Shown piece after piece: positions 18,726 through 27,425 of a stretch of 64,000 bases of DNA. Location of the stretch: contig OY729431.1 in the NCBI GenBank assembly GCA_963422395.1, positions 544,001 through 608,000 on the forward strand. The letters run 5' to 3'. Numbering within the stretch: position 1 is the first letter of the stretch; each line of letters opens with the position of its first letter. Origin of the DNA: Vicinamibacteria bacterium. Lineage in GTDB: Bacteria; Acidobacteriota; Vicinamibacteria; Marinacidobacterales; Marinacidobacteraceae. The notes below the pieces were generated by a model, which made no database searches, was not told the origin of the DNA, and saw only the letters and a list, made by a program, of their open reading frames with translations. A program made the translations under genes and the position numbers.

Positions 18726-20159
18726 CTATTCCGGCGGTATTCCGCCGCCCTGCACGCGGGCCACGACTTCCCGGACCTGACCGGCGAAGCCGCGCGCTCT
18801 CTCCATCACGGCGCTCTCGTCCACGGTGGTGATCTCGCCGTCGCGCACCACGATCCGGCCTCCTACCAGCACGGTGCGGACATCGCCGCCCCGGGCCGCA
18901 TAGACCAGATGCGAATACGGACGGTAGAGCGGGGTCAGACCGGCGCGGCGCATCCCCACCAGCACGATGTCGGCCTGCTTGCCGACTTCGAGCGAGCCGA
19001 TGCGATCTTGCAGATTCAGGACCCGGGCGCCTCCCATGGTGGCCATCCGGAATACCGTCTCCGCAGGGAGGACGGTCGGATCGCCGGACGCGAATTTGTG
19101 GAGCTTCGCCGCGGTGTCCATCTCGCCGAACATGTCGAGATCGTTGTTGCTCGCCGGGCCGTCGGTGCCGAGCCCGACCGGAACCCCGGCGGCGAGCAGC
19201 TCGGCGACCGGCGCCGCGCGATCGCCTCCGAGCTTCATGTTGCTCTCGGGGTTGTGGGCCACTCCGGCGCCGCTCGCCGCGATCCGGCGGATGTCCGCTT
19301 GTGTGAGATAGACGCCGTGAGCGAGCACCGTTCCGGGACGGAGCGCCCCGATCGAGTCGAGCGCTTCGATCGTTCTCATCCCCAGGCTCGCGCGGATACG
19401 TTCGTCCTCGTCCTTCGCCTCCACCGCGTGGATCTGGAACGGCGCCCCGTGCCGGGCGGCCGCCTCGAAGGCGGCGCGGGTGTCGTCGAGGCTGGTGGTG
19501 TAGAGGGCGTGCGCCGAGGTGCCGGGCACCAGCAGCGGATGGCTGTGGTAGCGCTCGAAGAAATCGTCGGCGCCGGCGAGCGATGCGGCCGGGGTTGCGA
19601 AGTCGGGCGCCGGAAAACCGATCACGCTCGGCCCGGCCACCGCTCGGATGCCCGCTTCGATGATCGCCCGCGCCACCTCTTCGCGGAAGAAGTACATGTC
19701 GGCGAACGTCGTGGTTCCGCTCTTGAGCATCTCGATCGCGGAGAGCAGCGTCCCCCAGTACACGAACTCCGGCGCGACGAGTTCGGCCTCTGCGGGGAAG
19801 ATGTGTCCTTCCAGCCACTCCATGAGCGGCAGGTCGTCGGCGAGGCCGCGGAGCAGCGACATGGCGGCGTGCCCGTGGGTGTTCACCAGGCCGGGGATCA
19901 CCAGCTGCCCCTCGGCGTCGAGTACCGGGATCCCGGCGGGACGCGGGGCTGCCCGATCCAGGAGGCCGACGATCCGGTCCCCTTCGATGAGGACCGCGCC
20001 TCCTTCGAGGACGGCACCGGCCTCGTCCATCACCACCACCGTCCCGCCGTCGATCAGCAGCCGGCTGGCTGTCGGAGCCGCAGCGCTCTCGGGGCTGGAG
20101 CAGGCGGGCGCGGCGAGCGGAATGGCGAGCAGCAGGCTTTGGGTGGGAGTCGGAGTCAT
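18726..20159 (-). CDS. Amidohydrolase, MTA/SAH deaminase (MtaD)-like, with possible lipoprotein signal
   Basis: PGLVNTHGH, LLRGLADDLPL..WL, SGTTTFADMY, HNPESNMKL, GLGTDG.ASNNDLDM. Confidence 0.85.
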   Translation of the reverse strand: MTPTPTQSLLLAIPLAAPACSSPESAAAPTASRLLIDGGTVVVMDEAGAVLEGGAVLIEGDRIVGLLDRAAPRPAGIPVLDAEGQLVIPGLVNTHGHAAMSLLRGLADDLPLMEWLEGHIFPAEAELVAPEFVYWGTLLSAIEMLKSGTTTFADMYFFREEVARAIIEAGIRAVAGPSVIGFPAPDFATPAASLAGADDFFERYHSHPLLVPGTSAHALYTTSLDDTRAAFEAAARHGAPFQIHAVEAKDEDERIRASLGMRTIEALDSIGALRPGTVLAHGVYLTQADIRRIAASGAGVAHNPESNMKLGGDRAAPVAELLAAGVPVGLGTDGPASNNDLDMFGEMDTAAKLHKFASGDPTVLPAETVFRMATMGGARVLNLQDRIGSLEVGKQADIVLVGMRRAGLTPLYRPYSHLVYAARGGDVRTVLVGGRIVVRDGEITTVDESAVMERARGFAGQVREVVARVQGGGIPPE

Positions 20160-20211
20160 GGAACGCTCGATCCGCGGAATCACCGGCGCGAACCCGTCTG
20201 GAACTCGAGGA

Positions 20212-22062
20212 TCAAGGGTACTCCGCCGGAGGGCTCTTTCCGCCGCGTTTCCGCTGTTCGCGAGCCCTCGCGGAACGCTCCGCCGAGCGGATTCGGTTCA
20301 GGACGGCGGCGATCTCGTGCCGCCGGGGCCGGGCGAGCCGGCCCGGGTGTCGGCCGGCCCGCCCCGCTTCCGTCAGCGAATCCAGCCCTTCGCGATCGAG
20401 TTGCGCCTCGATGCCGTCGAGCAGCGCGGCGACCGGGAGGCCCCCCGAGCTGCGGTAGGCCAGAGCGAGGGCATGACCGGCAGCGCGGGTCTGGCTCGGA
20501 TCGAAGAGCTGGTCGAGCGCGCCGAGGTCCACCTCTTCCTCGCCGTAGAGGAGCGCATCCCGCCGAGCGGCTCGGATCCGGGGTCCGCCGCGTCGTCCCG
20601 CCGGGTCGAGCCGCGAACTGTCGGGGATTCGGCCTTCTCGGGCGAAGGTGCCGGCGGCCGGTTCCCGAACCCGCCGGCTCGGCAGCTCCGCCGCCACTCG
20701 CCGCGCCTGGGCGGTCACTTCGCGCGGGCGGTAATCGGCCAGCTGGATCACCGTGTCGGCAGCCTCGAAATAGTCGCCCGAGCCTCCCATCACCAGGATC
20801 GTCGAAACCCGGTGTTCGTCGTAGAGCTCGCGCACCCGGTCGAGGAGGGGGACGATGGGCTCCGAATCCCGGGAGACGAGCGCCTGCATCCGCGCGTCGC
20901 GGATCATCAGGTTCGTCGCCGAGGTGTCCTCGTCCATCAGCAGGACCCGGGCGCCCGCTTCCAGCGCCTCCACGATGGAAGCCGCCTGGCTGGTGCTTCC
21001 GCTCGCGTTTTCCGTGGTGAACGCGGTAGTGGTCCGGCCGCCGGGAAGCTCGCGCAAGAACGGGCTCACATCCACCGAGAACACCGGGCGGCCCTCCTCG
21101 GCGCGGATCGTCACCGCATCGGAGCGGGTGACGACACGTTCCCGCCCATCGCCCGGAAGGTGCGGTGCGACGGCGCGGGCGAGCGCTTGGAGCAGCGTGG
21201 ACTTGCCGTGGAATCCGCCGCCGACGATGAGAGTCACGCCTTCCGGGATGCCCATCCCGGAGAGCTGCGGCGAGCCGCCTTCCGGATGGAGCAGCGGCAG
21301 GTGCACCCGGAGCGGCGGCGGGCTCGTGAAAGCCACCGCTGCGCTGCCTTCCAGCGGGAGTTCGCTCGCCCCGCTCGCCCGCGGCAGGACCGCGCCGTCG
21401 GCCACGAACGCTGCGAGTCTTCGCTCCGCCAGCCGGTCGCGAAGGTGCTCCTGATTCTCGATGTCCCGCACGAAGGCGTCCGGACCGCCGGTCGGGAGGT
21501 TCGAGAAGACGAGCGCCTCGGCGGCGATGCGGGTCAGCTCGGAGACCAGGAGATGCGCGGCGCGCTCTCCGAGGATGCGGCGCCCGGCGGCGGGCAGACC
21601 GACCTCGAGGCGTGCCTCGACCCAGGGGGCGCCCGCGCCGCTTCCGATCCGCACCGCGGCCCGTTCGAGGACTTCCTGCCCGCCGCAGTCCACTCGAACC
21701 TCCCCGCTGCGGCCCGAACCCTGCCGGTTCTCCGAACCTCGGATCGCCAGCTCCACCCGGCGCGCCAGGTAGTCGGCGAGCGCGACCCGCCGGATGCGGT
21801 TCGAGAAGAGCTCCGCCGGGAAGCCGGCAGTACCGCCCTCCACCCGGAGCCGCATCCGCGAGGGCGGTGCGAACGGATCCCGCGCCGCTCGGTCGAGGAA
21901 GACGGTGATCCCTTCCCCGACCGGCCACGCCCCTTCGAGGCCGCGGTACGCCGGATATCCCCGCCCGTCGAGCCGCCGGCACGCAGCCGCGAGGTTCTGC
22001 CCGTGCGGGGGGCGCGGCGTCGGCCGCCCGGTGCCGCAGGGGTCGGCTCGGTCGGAGATCAC
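20212..22062 (-). CDS. ABC-class ATPase-domain protein (ABC_ATPase / MRB1590-like family)
   Basis: DPFAPPSR, FVADGAVLPRASG, GVTLIVGGGFHGKSTLL, NASGSTSQAA, DEDTSATN, GGSGDY. Confidence 0.85.
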   Translation of the reverse strand: MISDRADPCGTGRPTPRPPHGQNLAAACRRLDGRGYPAYRGLEGAWPVGEGITVFLDRAARDPFAPPSRMRLRVEGGTAGFPAELFSNRIRRVALADYLARRVELAIRGSENRQGSGRSGEVRVDCGGQEVLERAAVRIGSGAGAPWVEARLEVGLPAAGRRILGERAAHLLVSELTRIAAEALVFSNLPTGGPDAFVRDIENQEHLRDRLAERRLAAFVADGAVLPRASGASELPLEGSAAVAFTSPPPLRVHLPLLHPEGGSPQLSGMGIPEGVTLIVGGGFHGKSTLLQALARAVAPHLPGDGRERVVTRSDAVTIRAEEGRPVFSVDVSPFLRELPGGRTTTAFTTENASGSTSQAASIVEALEAGARVLLMDEDTSATNLMIRDARMQALVSRDSEPIVPLLDRVRELYDEHRVSTILVMGGSGDYFEAADTVIQLADYRPREVTAQARRVAAELPSRRVREPAAGTFAREGRIPDSSRLDPAGRRGGPRIRAARRDALLYGEEEVDLGALDQLFDPSQTRAAGHALALAYRSSGGLPVAALLDGIEAQLDREGLDSLTEAGRAGRHPGRLARPRRHEIAAVLNRIRSAERSARAREQRKRGGKSPPAEYP

Positions 22063-22135
22063 TCGTCCCTCAGATGAGGGTCGGGGTACGAAAGCGCGGC
22101 CTCATGGTTGTTCTCTTCGTGGTTCTCTTCGAACG

Positions 22136-22792
22136 CTACTCCGCCCTGGCGGTTCGAGCCGGCCTCGCCAACCCCTCCAGGCAGGTCAGCCACGCACAGA
22201 ACCTCGGGCATTCGGCGCAGATCTTCGCCAAGCCGGCCAACCGCGCGACCCGCGGGCCGTGAAGGCGCTTCCGGTATCCCGGCACCGCGGCGGCGACCCG
22301 CTTGCTAGGGGCGCTTTGCGGACCGTCGTCGATGTCTTCGGGGGTGGCGAATTGCCGCCGCACCGCTGACAGCCTCCCGATAGCCGGGTCCGTCACACTG
22401 TCGATCGTCCGAAAAGCCGCGGTATCGGAAAACAGAAGGCCCTCGAATTCGTGTTTCTGGACATAGGGGAACACCCGCCCGCCGCCAGAGACTTCCTCCC
22501 CGATCTTCTGCTCCAGGCGTCCTTCCAGTGCCTCGACGGTCAGGTCTTCCTTGTCACGAAAACCGTAGAAGTCGACCAGCGAGGTCACGGCGTCGAAAGA
22601 GTGGTGCAAGTGGAGCATTTCCGATACCAGCCGTCCGACGGTGACATTGCCGCCGCCGGTACTGCCGGTCCGGGCGCGGCCGAGCAGGATCGGGGTCGGC
22701 TCGACTTTCCTCGGCCGCAGATGGTCGACGAGCAAAGTCTTGATGAATTCCTCTTCGGTCTGGCCGTCCACCGTTATGGCGAGACGGGTCAC
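22136..22792 (-). CDS. DUF4276 family (TOPRIM-like) protein
   Basis: VDGQTEEEF, TSLVDFYG, PYVQKHEFEGLLFSD, PEDIDD, APSKR, CPRF..WL; 4-bp overlap with the ATPase. Confidence 0.85.
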   Translation of the reverse strand: MTRLAITVDGQTEEEFIKTLLVDHLRPRKVEPTPILLGRARTGSTGGGNVTVGRLVSEMLHLHHSFDAVTSLVDFYGFRDKEDLTVEALEGRLEQKIGEEVSGGGRVFPYVQKHEFEGLLFSDTAAFRTIDSVTDPAIGRLSAVRRQFATPEDIDDGPQSAPSKRVAAAVPGYRKRLHGPRVARLAGLAKICAECPRFCAWLTCLEGLARPARTARAE

Positions 22793-23913
22793 GGGCGGCC
22801 TCCGAGCAGGTTCTTCTGCCAAAGCTCGCCGGTCGTGTAGTCCTCCAGCCAGTTTCGATACGCGCTTTCGTCGCAGCGGTGAACCTCCGTCCGCTCGTTC
22901 TGCAGTTCCAGAACCAGGATCTCGTCGAGGTCGAACGCATCGACGAGCAAGGGCGACTGTGTCGCCGCGATGACCTGACGATCTTCTGCGAGCACCTTGA
23001 TCATGTCGCCCACCAAGGCTGTGGCGGCCGGATGCAGCCCCAGCTCCGGTTCGTCCAGCAGAAGTACATCGGGGAGCATCTCGGGCGGGAGGTTCAACAG
23101 CGTCACCAGCGCGAAGAGACGAAGCGAGCCGTCGGAGGTCAGGTGGGCACCGATGCTCTTCTCCATGCTCTTCGCTCTCCACCGCAACAAGACCTTCCCG
23201 TAGTCTTCCTCGAGTTCGAAGCAGTCGAAGACCGGCAGCGCCCGCCGGACATGATCGCAAATCGAATCGAATCGCCGCTTGTCTTCTCGTTCGAGACGGA
23301 GCAGGATCGCGGCCAGATTCCCGCCGTGGGATCTGAGATAGCGATTGTCCCTCGCGTCCCATCTTTTCTTGAAGTACGAATCTTTCGAGGTGTCGTGAAA
23401 TTGGTACACAGCGCAACGCCGCAGTAGTTGGACGAGCACGCGGGCCGTCTTCGGATCGGCTTCGAAGTTTTCGCCTTCCTGAGTTGCCTCGACGATCTTC
23501 GCTTCAGAGTGGCCGCTTCCGAGATGCTGCCAGGGCGCTTCGGTATCCCATCCCTCCCGGTTGAACCGAAGCGCCTCATCGGTGAACATGAAACGATCGG
23601 GGTGGGCGTAAGCGAGCGTGAATCGATAGTCATTTCGTCCTGATTCCGTTCGCATGGCGATTTCAGTTTCCATCCGTGGGCTGACCTTGCTGCCGCCGAA
23701 CAGTTGGTCGTCGGCGCCGCCTTCACGCTGGACGAACTCGGCAAGTCGGGAAGCCCCGATCATCCAGCTCATCATCTCGAAAAAACGGATGAAGTTGGAC
23801 TTCCCGGAGCCGTTCGTGCCGATCAGGATGGCTGCTTTCGGCAGTTTTTGGATCTCGATGTCTGCGAGGGAACGGAAACCCTTGATTCTGAGGGATTCGA
23901 TCAGGTTCGACAT
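22789..23913 (-). CDS. AAA_21/ABC-type ATPase
   Basis: IKGFRSL, Walker A IGTNGSGKSN, SDGSLR signature, Walker B LLLDEPELGLHP, ATQSP. Confidence 0.9.
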   Translation of the reverse strand: MSNLIESLRIKGFRSLADIEIQKLPKAAILIGTNGSGKSNFIRFFEMMSWMIGASRLAEFVQREGGADDQLFGGSKVSPRMETEIAMRTESGRNDYRFTLAYAHPDRFMFTDEALRFNREGWDTEAPWQHLGSGHSEAKIVEATQEGENFEADPKTARVLVQLLRRCAVYQFHDTSKDSYFKKRWDARDNRYLRSHGGNLAAILLRLEREDKRRFDSICDHVRRALPVFDCFELEEDYGKVLLRWRAKSMEKSIGAHLTSDGSLRLFALVTLLNLPPEMLPDVLLLDEPELGLHPAATALVGDMIKVLAEDRQVIAATQSPLLVDAFDLDEILVLELQNERTEVHRCDESAYRNWLEDYTTGELWQKNLLGGRP

Positions 23914-24181
23914 GAGCTGCGCTGGTTCCCTCGATCTGGTGTGGAAGCGGATCGATGCATGAAATCGAAACTGGGAATGGGGGTCGAACTCGTGGACGAT
24001 CTCGATCGAATCAGCTGTGTCGCGCCGCCGTCGCGGCAGGTTCGGTGAAGAACGCGGTCGGGCTCGAGATCGAGCCGGCCGCGGGGAACCGCCTGCCGGC
24101 CCTTCGCCGCACCTCGATGCCCGATGCCGCAAGGCCCCGGGTGCCGCAAGGGATGGCCCGGAAGGTAGCATGATGAGCGGC

Positions 24182-25192
24182 ATGGCGGGCGGCAGCAGCA
24201 TGGGGAAGAAGGCGCGTTCTTTCTGGTGGGATCGGACGCCGGAGCTGCGCGCCCGGCTCGCCGAGGCGGTGCCGCGAGAAGAGTTGCGGCGGCTCCATCG
24301 GCGGCGGCCGGTGCTGCACTTCCTGGTGCTCGGCTGGCAGTTCCTCCTGCTCTTCGGGGGTGCGGCGGCGGCGTGGCGGGCTTCTTCCTGGTGGCTCTGG
24401 ATTCCGGCGGCGGCGGTCGTCGGGTTCACCGTCTTCAACTTCACGGTGATGCTCCACGAGGTGGTGCACGCGTCGGTGTTCCGCAGCGGACACCGCACCG
24501 CGTACCGGGTGCTGCGCCATCTCTACGCCTTTCCGAGCGGGATTTCGGCGACCCAGTTCAGCCGCTGGCATCTCGACCACCACGCCCAGCTCGGCGACGA
24601 AGAGGCCGACCCGAAGCGGCACTGGCTCTCGCCGAAGCGGCACGCCCGCTGGTTCAAGGCGCTCTATCTGACCCCGGCGCTGATCCCGATCTACTTCCGG
24701 GCGGCGCGGCGGGAGACCGCCGGCTATCCCGAGGCGGTCCGCCGGGCGATCTCCCGGGAGCGCGCGCTGACGATGGCCGGCCACCTCGGGATCCTGGTCC
24801 TGCTCGCCGCCGCCGGCGGCGTTTCCATCGCCTTCAAGGTGTATCTGGTGCCGGTTTTCCTGGTCTTCCCGATGGCGTTCACGCTGAACCGGCTGGGGCA
24901 GCACTACGACATCGTGCCGGAGAATCCGGCGCTCTGGGGAACCGTGCTGCGCCCTTCGCGGTTTTGGGACGCTGCGTTCCTCTGGTCGGGCTATCACCTC
25001 GAACATCACTACTTTCCGCGGGTGCCCTTCTACAACCTCAGGAAACTCCACTTCCTGCTCCGGCCGTTCTTCGATGAGATCGGCGCCCGTCCGACGAGTT
25101 ACGGGCGGCTCCTCTGGGAGTGGTTCGGGCGGAACCGCGCCCCCCACACCGACTGGAGTGGCGCCGGCACACCGGCCAGCCCGCCGCCGTGA
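24182..25192 (+). CDS. Membrane fatty acid desaturase family protein
   Basis: His boxes HEVVH, HLDHH, HLEHH; transmembrane segments; start at 24182 or 24200. Confidence 0.85.
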   Translation: MAGGSSMGKKARSFWWDRTPELRARLAEAVPREELRRLHRRRPVLHFLVLGWQFLLLFGGAAAAWRASSWWLWIPAAAVVGFTVFNFTVMLHEVVHASVFRSGHRTAYRVLRHLYAFPSGISATQFSRWHLDHHAQLGDEEADPKRHWLSPKRHARWFKALYLTPALIPIYFRAARRETAGYPEAVRRAISRERALTMAGHLGILVLLAAAGGVSIAFKVYLVPVFLVFPMAFTLNRLGQHYDIVPENPALWGTVLRPSRFWDAAFLWSGYHLEHHYFPRVPFYNLRKLHFLLRPFFDEIGARPTSYGRLLWEWFGRNRAPHTDWSGAGTPASPPP

Positions 25193-25212
25193 CCGCACCG
25201 GTGGGTGAGAAG

Positions 25213-25479
25213 ATGCGCGCCGCCGTGGCCGAGGGAACCGTGAAGTGGTACGACCCCCGCCGGGGGGAGGGTTACATCCTGCGCGTCGAGGGGCCCGATG
25301 TGCATGTCCCGGCGAGCGCCCTGCTCGACCCGGACCCCGGCTTCCTCATCGAGGGTCAGTCGGTGGAATTCGAACTCTTGAAGATTCCCGGCGGCTTTCG
25401 CGCGAAGGGTGTGCGCGTGGTGGGCTGGGGCTCGGCGGCGCCGCCGAACGACCCGCCTAACGAACCCGCCGGGCGCTGA
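25213..25479 (+). CDS. Cold-shock domain protein (divergent)
   Basis: GTVKWY...GEGYI, DVHV, L.EGQ.VEFE, A..V; start uncertain (25189-25225). Confidence 0.75.
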   Translation: MRAAVAEGTVKWYDPRRGEGYILRVEGPDVHVPASALLDPDPGFLIEGQSVEFELLKIPGGFRAKGVRVVGWGSAAPPNDPPNEPAGR

Positions 25480-26440
25480 AACGGGCGTCCGGCGGAGACC
25501 GGCGCCGCGCGCGCTCCGCCAGCCCTCCGGCGAGTCCGCGGCCGTTCCGCTCGGCATCGGCGATGGCGATCCCGACCGTCACTTCCAATTGCTGTTCGGC
25601 AGCCCCGCGGAAGGTTCCCCGCGTCGGGGGGACATCCCGATAATCCCGTCCGACGGCCACCCGGATGTGGCGCCGCGGGGGAACGGTGTCGTTCGTGGGG
25701 TCTGCTCCCACCCAGCCGAGGCCCGGCAGCAGGCACTCGACCCAGGCGTGGCTCGCATTGGCCGTCAGCCTCTCGTCGTCCTCACCGCTCGCGAAGAGAT
25801 ACCCGGAGGTGTACCGGGCCGGAATTCCCCAGCCGCGGACGATGGCGAGCATGATGTGCGAGAAGTCCTGACACACCCCGCGGCCGCCCTCGAGCGCGTG
25901 ATCGATGGGCGAATCCACCCCGGTCGCGCCCCGCTCGAAGGCGAGGCCGCCGTGGATCCGGGTGGTCAGTTCGCGGATCGAGGCGAGGGGGGTATCGCCG
26001 CGCTCGATGCCGCACTTCTTCACGAAGTCCCCGAGCGCCGGCGTCGGCCGCGTGAGCGGCGTCGGATGCAGCAGGTGCCACCGCCGGCTCGTGCCGAGCG
26101 CCGAAAGGTCGTCCCACCCCGGCCCCGGCGCGTCCGGCGGGTCGGCGAGATGGAGGCCTACCAGTGAGCGGGCGGCCACCGTCAGGTCTTCGTGCTCGCT
26201 CGGGATGTCGAAGAAATGGGCGGTGTTGCCGAAACAGTCCTCGAAATCGGACAACTCGGCGCCCGGCTCGGTCCCGAGCCGGAACGATTCGAGGTGCTGC
26301 GAGGCGTCGCTCGTCGGCTGCAGGTACAGCGTCACCACCTCCTCGCGCACCGGCGCCGAATACCGGAAGCGGGTGATGTGCTCGATCTCGTAGAAGGTCG
26401 AGTCCTCGGTCCGGTTCATCCGACCCGGTTCATCCGACAT
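25457..26440 (-). CDS. Transglutaminase-like protein with bacterial N-terminal domain
   Basis: YEIEHITRFRY, DCFGN, GVCQDFSH, PARYTSGYL, SHAWVE, DPTN, GRDY.DVPP. Confidence 0.92.
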   Translation of the reverse strand: MSDEPGRMNRTEDSTFYEIEHITRFRYSAPVREEVVTLYLQPTSDASQHLESFRLGTEPGAELSDFEDCFGNTAHFFDIPSEHEDLTVAARSLVGLHLADPPDAPGPGWDDLSALGTSRRWHLLHPTPLTRPTPALGDFVKKCGIERGDTPLASIRELTTRIHGGLAFERGATGVDSPIDHALEGGRGVCQDFSHIMLAIVRGWGIPARYTSGYLFASGEDDERLTANASHAWVECLLPGLGWVGADPTNDTVPPRRHIRVAVGRDYRDVPPTRGTFRGAAEQQLEVTVGIAIADAERNGRGLAGGLAERARRRSPPDARFSARRVR

Positions 26441-27425
26441 GCAGCGCCTGATCGGCGGGATAGGAGATGTATCGCCGGTAGATCTCGTCGTGGAGCTCCC
26501 TCGTGAGCCGCCGCACCTCGTCGAGGACGACGGCCAGGTTCCCGGCCTGTTCCGGACTGTAGGCGAGCAGCGCTCGGAGCTTTCCGGCGAGCCGGTGCGG
26601 CGTCTGGAGCGGATGGCGGGCGCCTCCGGCCGGGTCTATGCGGTCCAGGCCGCGGCTGATCTCCTCGGCGGCGAAACGGAGAGTGTGCGGCGACTCCGGT
26701 TCGTAGATGAGGAAGGCCATCACCCGTTCCGGTTCGATGGCCGCCGTGTGGTGCTTGCAGTAGGGCTCGAAACTCGCGCAGTTGCGGAGCAGCAGCGACC
26801 AGTCCCGCTCGGCTTCTCCGCGGCCTGGACCCGGCCGGTATGCCTCGAGGACCTCGGTGGTGACCTGGATGCGCTCCATGAACCGTCCCAGCCGGATGAA
26901 GTCCCAGGCCAGCCCGTGGCGCAGGCTGTTGTCGGTGAGGCCTCGGAAGAGATAGATCCGGGCGGAGGTCTCCCGGTAGAAATTCTCCGGCTCCCGGTTC
27001 CAGATGGAGTGCAGCTGGGTTTCCCGGAGCGCGAGATAGGAACGATTCAGCTGACCCCACATCTCCGAGGTGATCTCCTGCCGCGCCTGGCGCGCGTTCT
27101 CCCGGGAGCGAGCCCAGAGCGCCGTCACCGAAGCGGTGTTTTCCGCCTCGAAGGTCATGAAGTCCACGAGCGTGTAGGCGTCGGCGAGCAGGAAGTTCTC
27201 GTTCCTCGGCTCCAGGTAGCGCTCGTCGCCCCCCGGCGGGGTCGTCGTCAGGCTGTGGAAGAGCCGCTTCCAGCCCTCCGCGACCTCGGCGCCCGAACGA
27301 TCGGCCAGCGAGCCCACCTGAACTCCCAGCAGCCGGGTGGTCTGGTCGGCGCGTTCCAGATACCGACTCATCCAGTAGAGGTTGTCGGCGACCCGGGCGA
27401 GCATTCGGTCAGTTGCACCCGGCAT
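26430..27425 (-). CDS. Alpha-E domain protein (DUF403)
   Basis: MLARVADNLYWMSRYLERA, RENAR..R..I.SEMW, LGRFMER. Confidence 0.92.
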   Translation of the reverse strand: MPGATDRMLARVADNLYWMSRYLERADQTTRLLGVQVGSLADRSGAEVAEGWKRLFHSLTTTPPGGDERYLEPRNENFLLADAYTLVDFMTFEAENTASVTALWARSRENARQARQEITSEMWGQLNRSYLALRETQLHSIWNREPENFYRETSARIYLFRGLTDNSLRHGLAWDFIRLGRFMERIQVTTEVLEAYRPGPGRGEAERDWSLLLRNCASFEPYCKHHTAAIEPERVMAFLIYEPESPHTLRFAAEEISRGLDRIDPAGGARHPLQTPHRLAGKLRALLAYSPEQAGNLAVVLDEVRRLTRELHDEIYRRYISYPADQALHVG

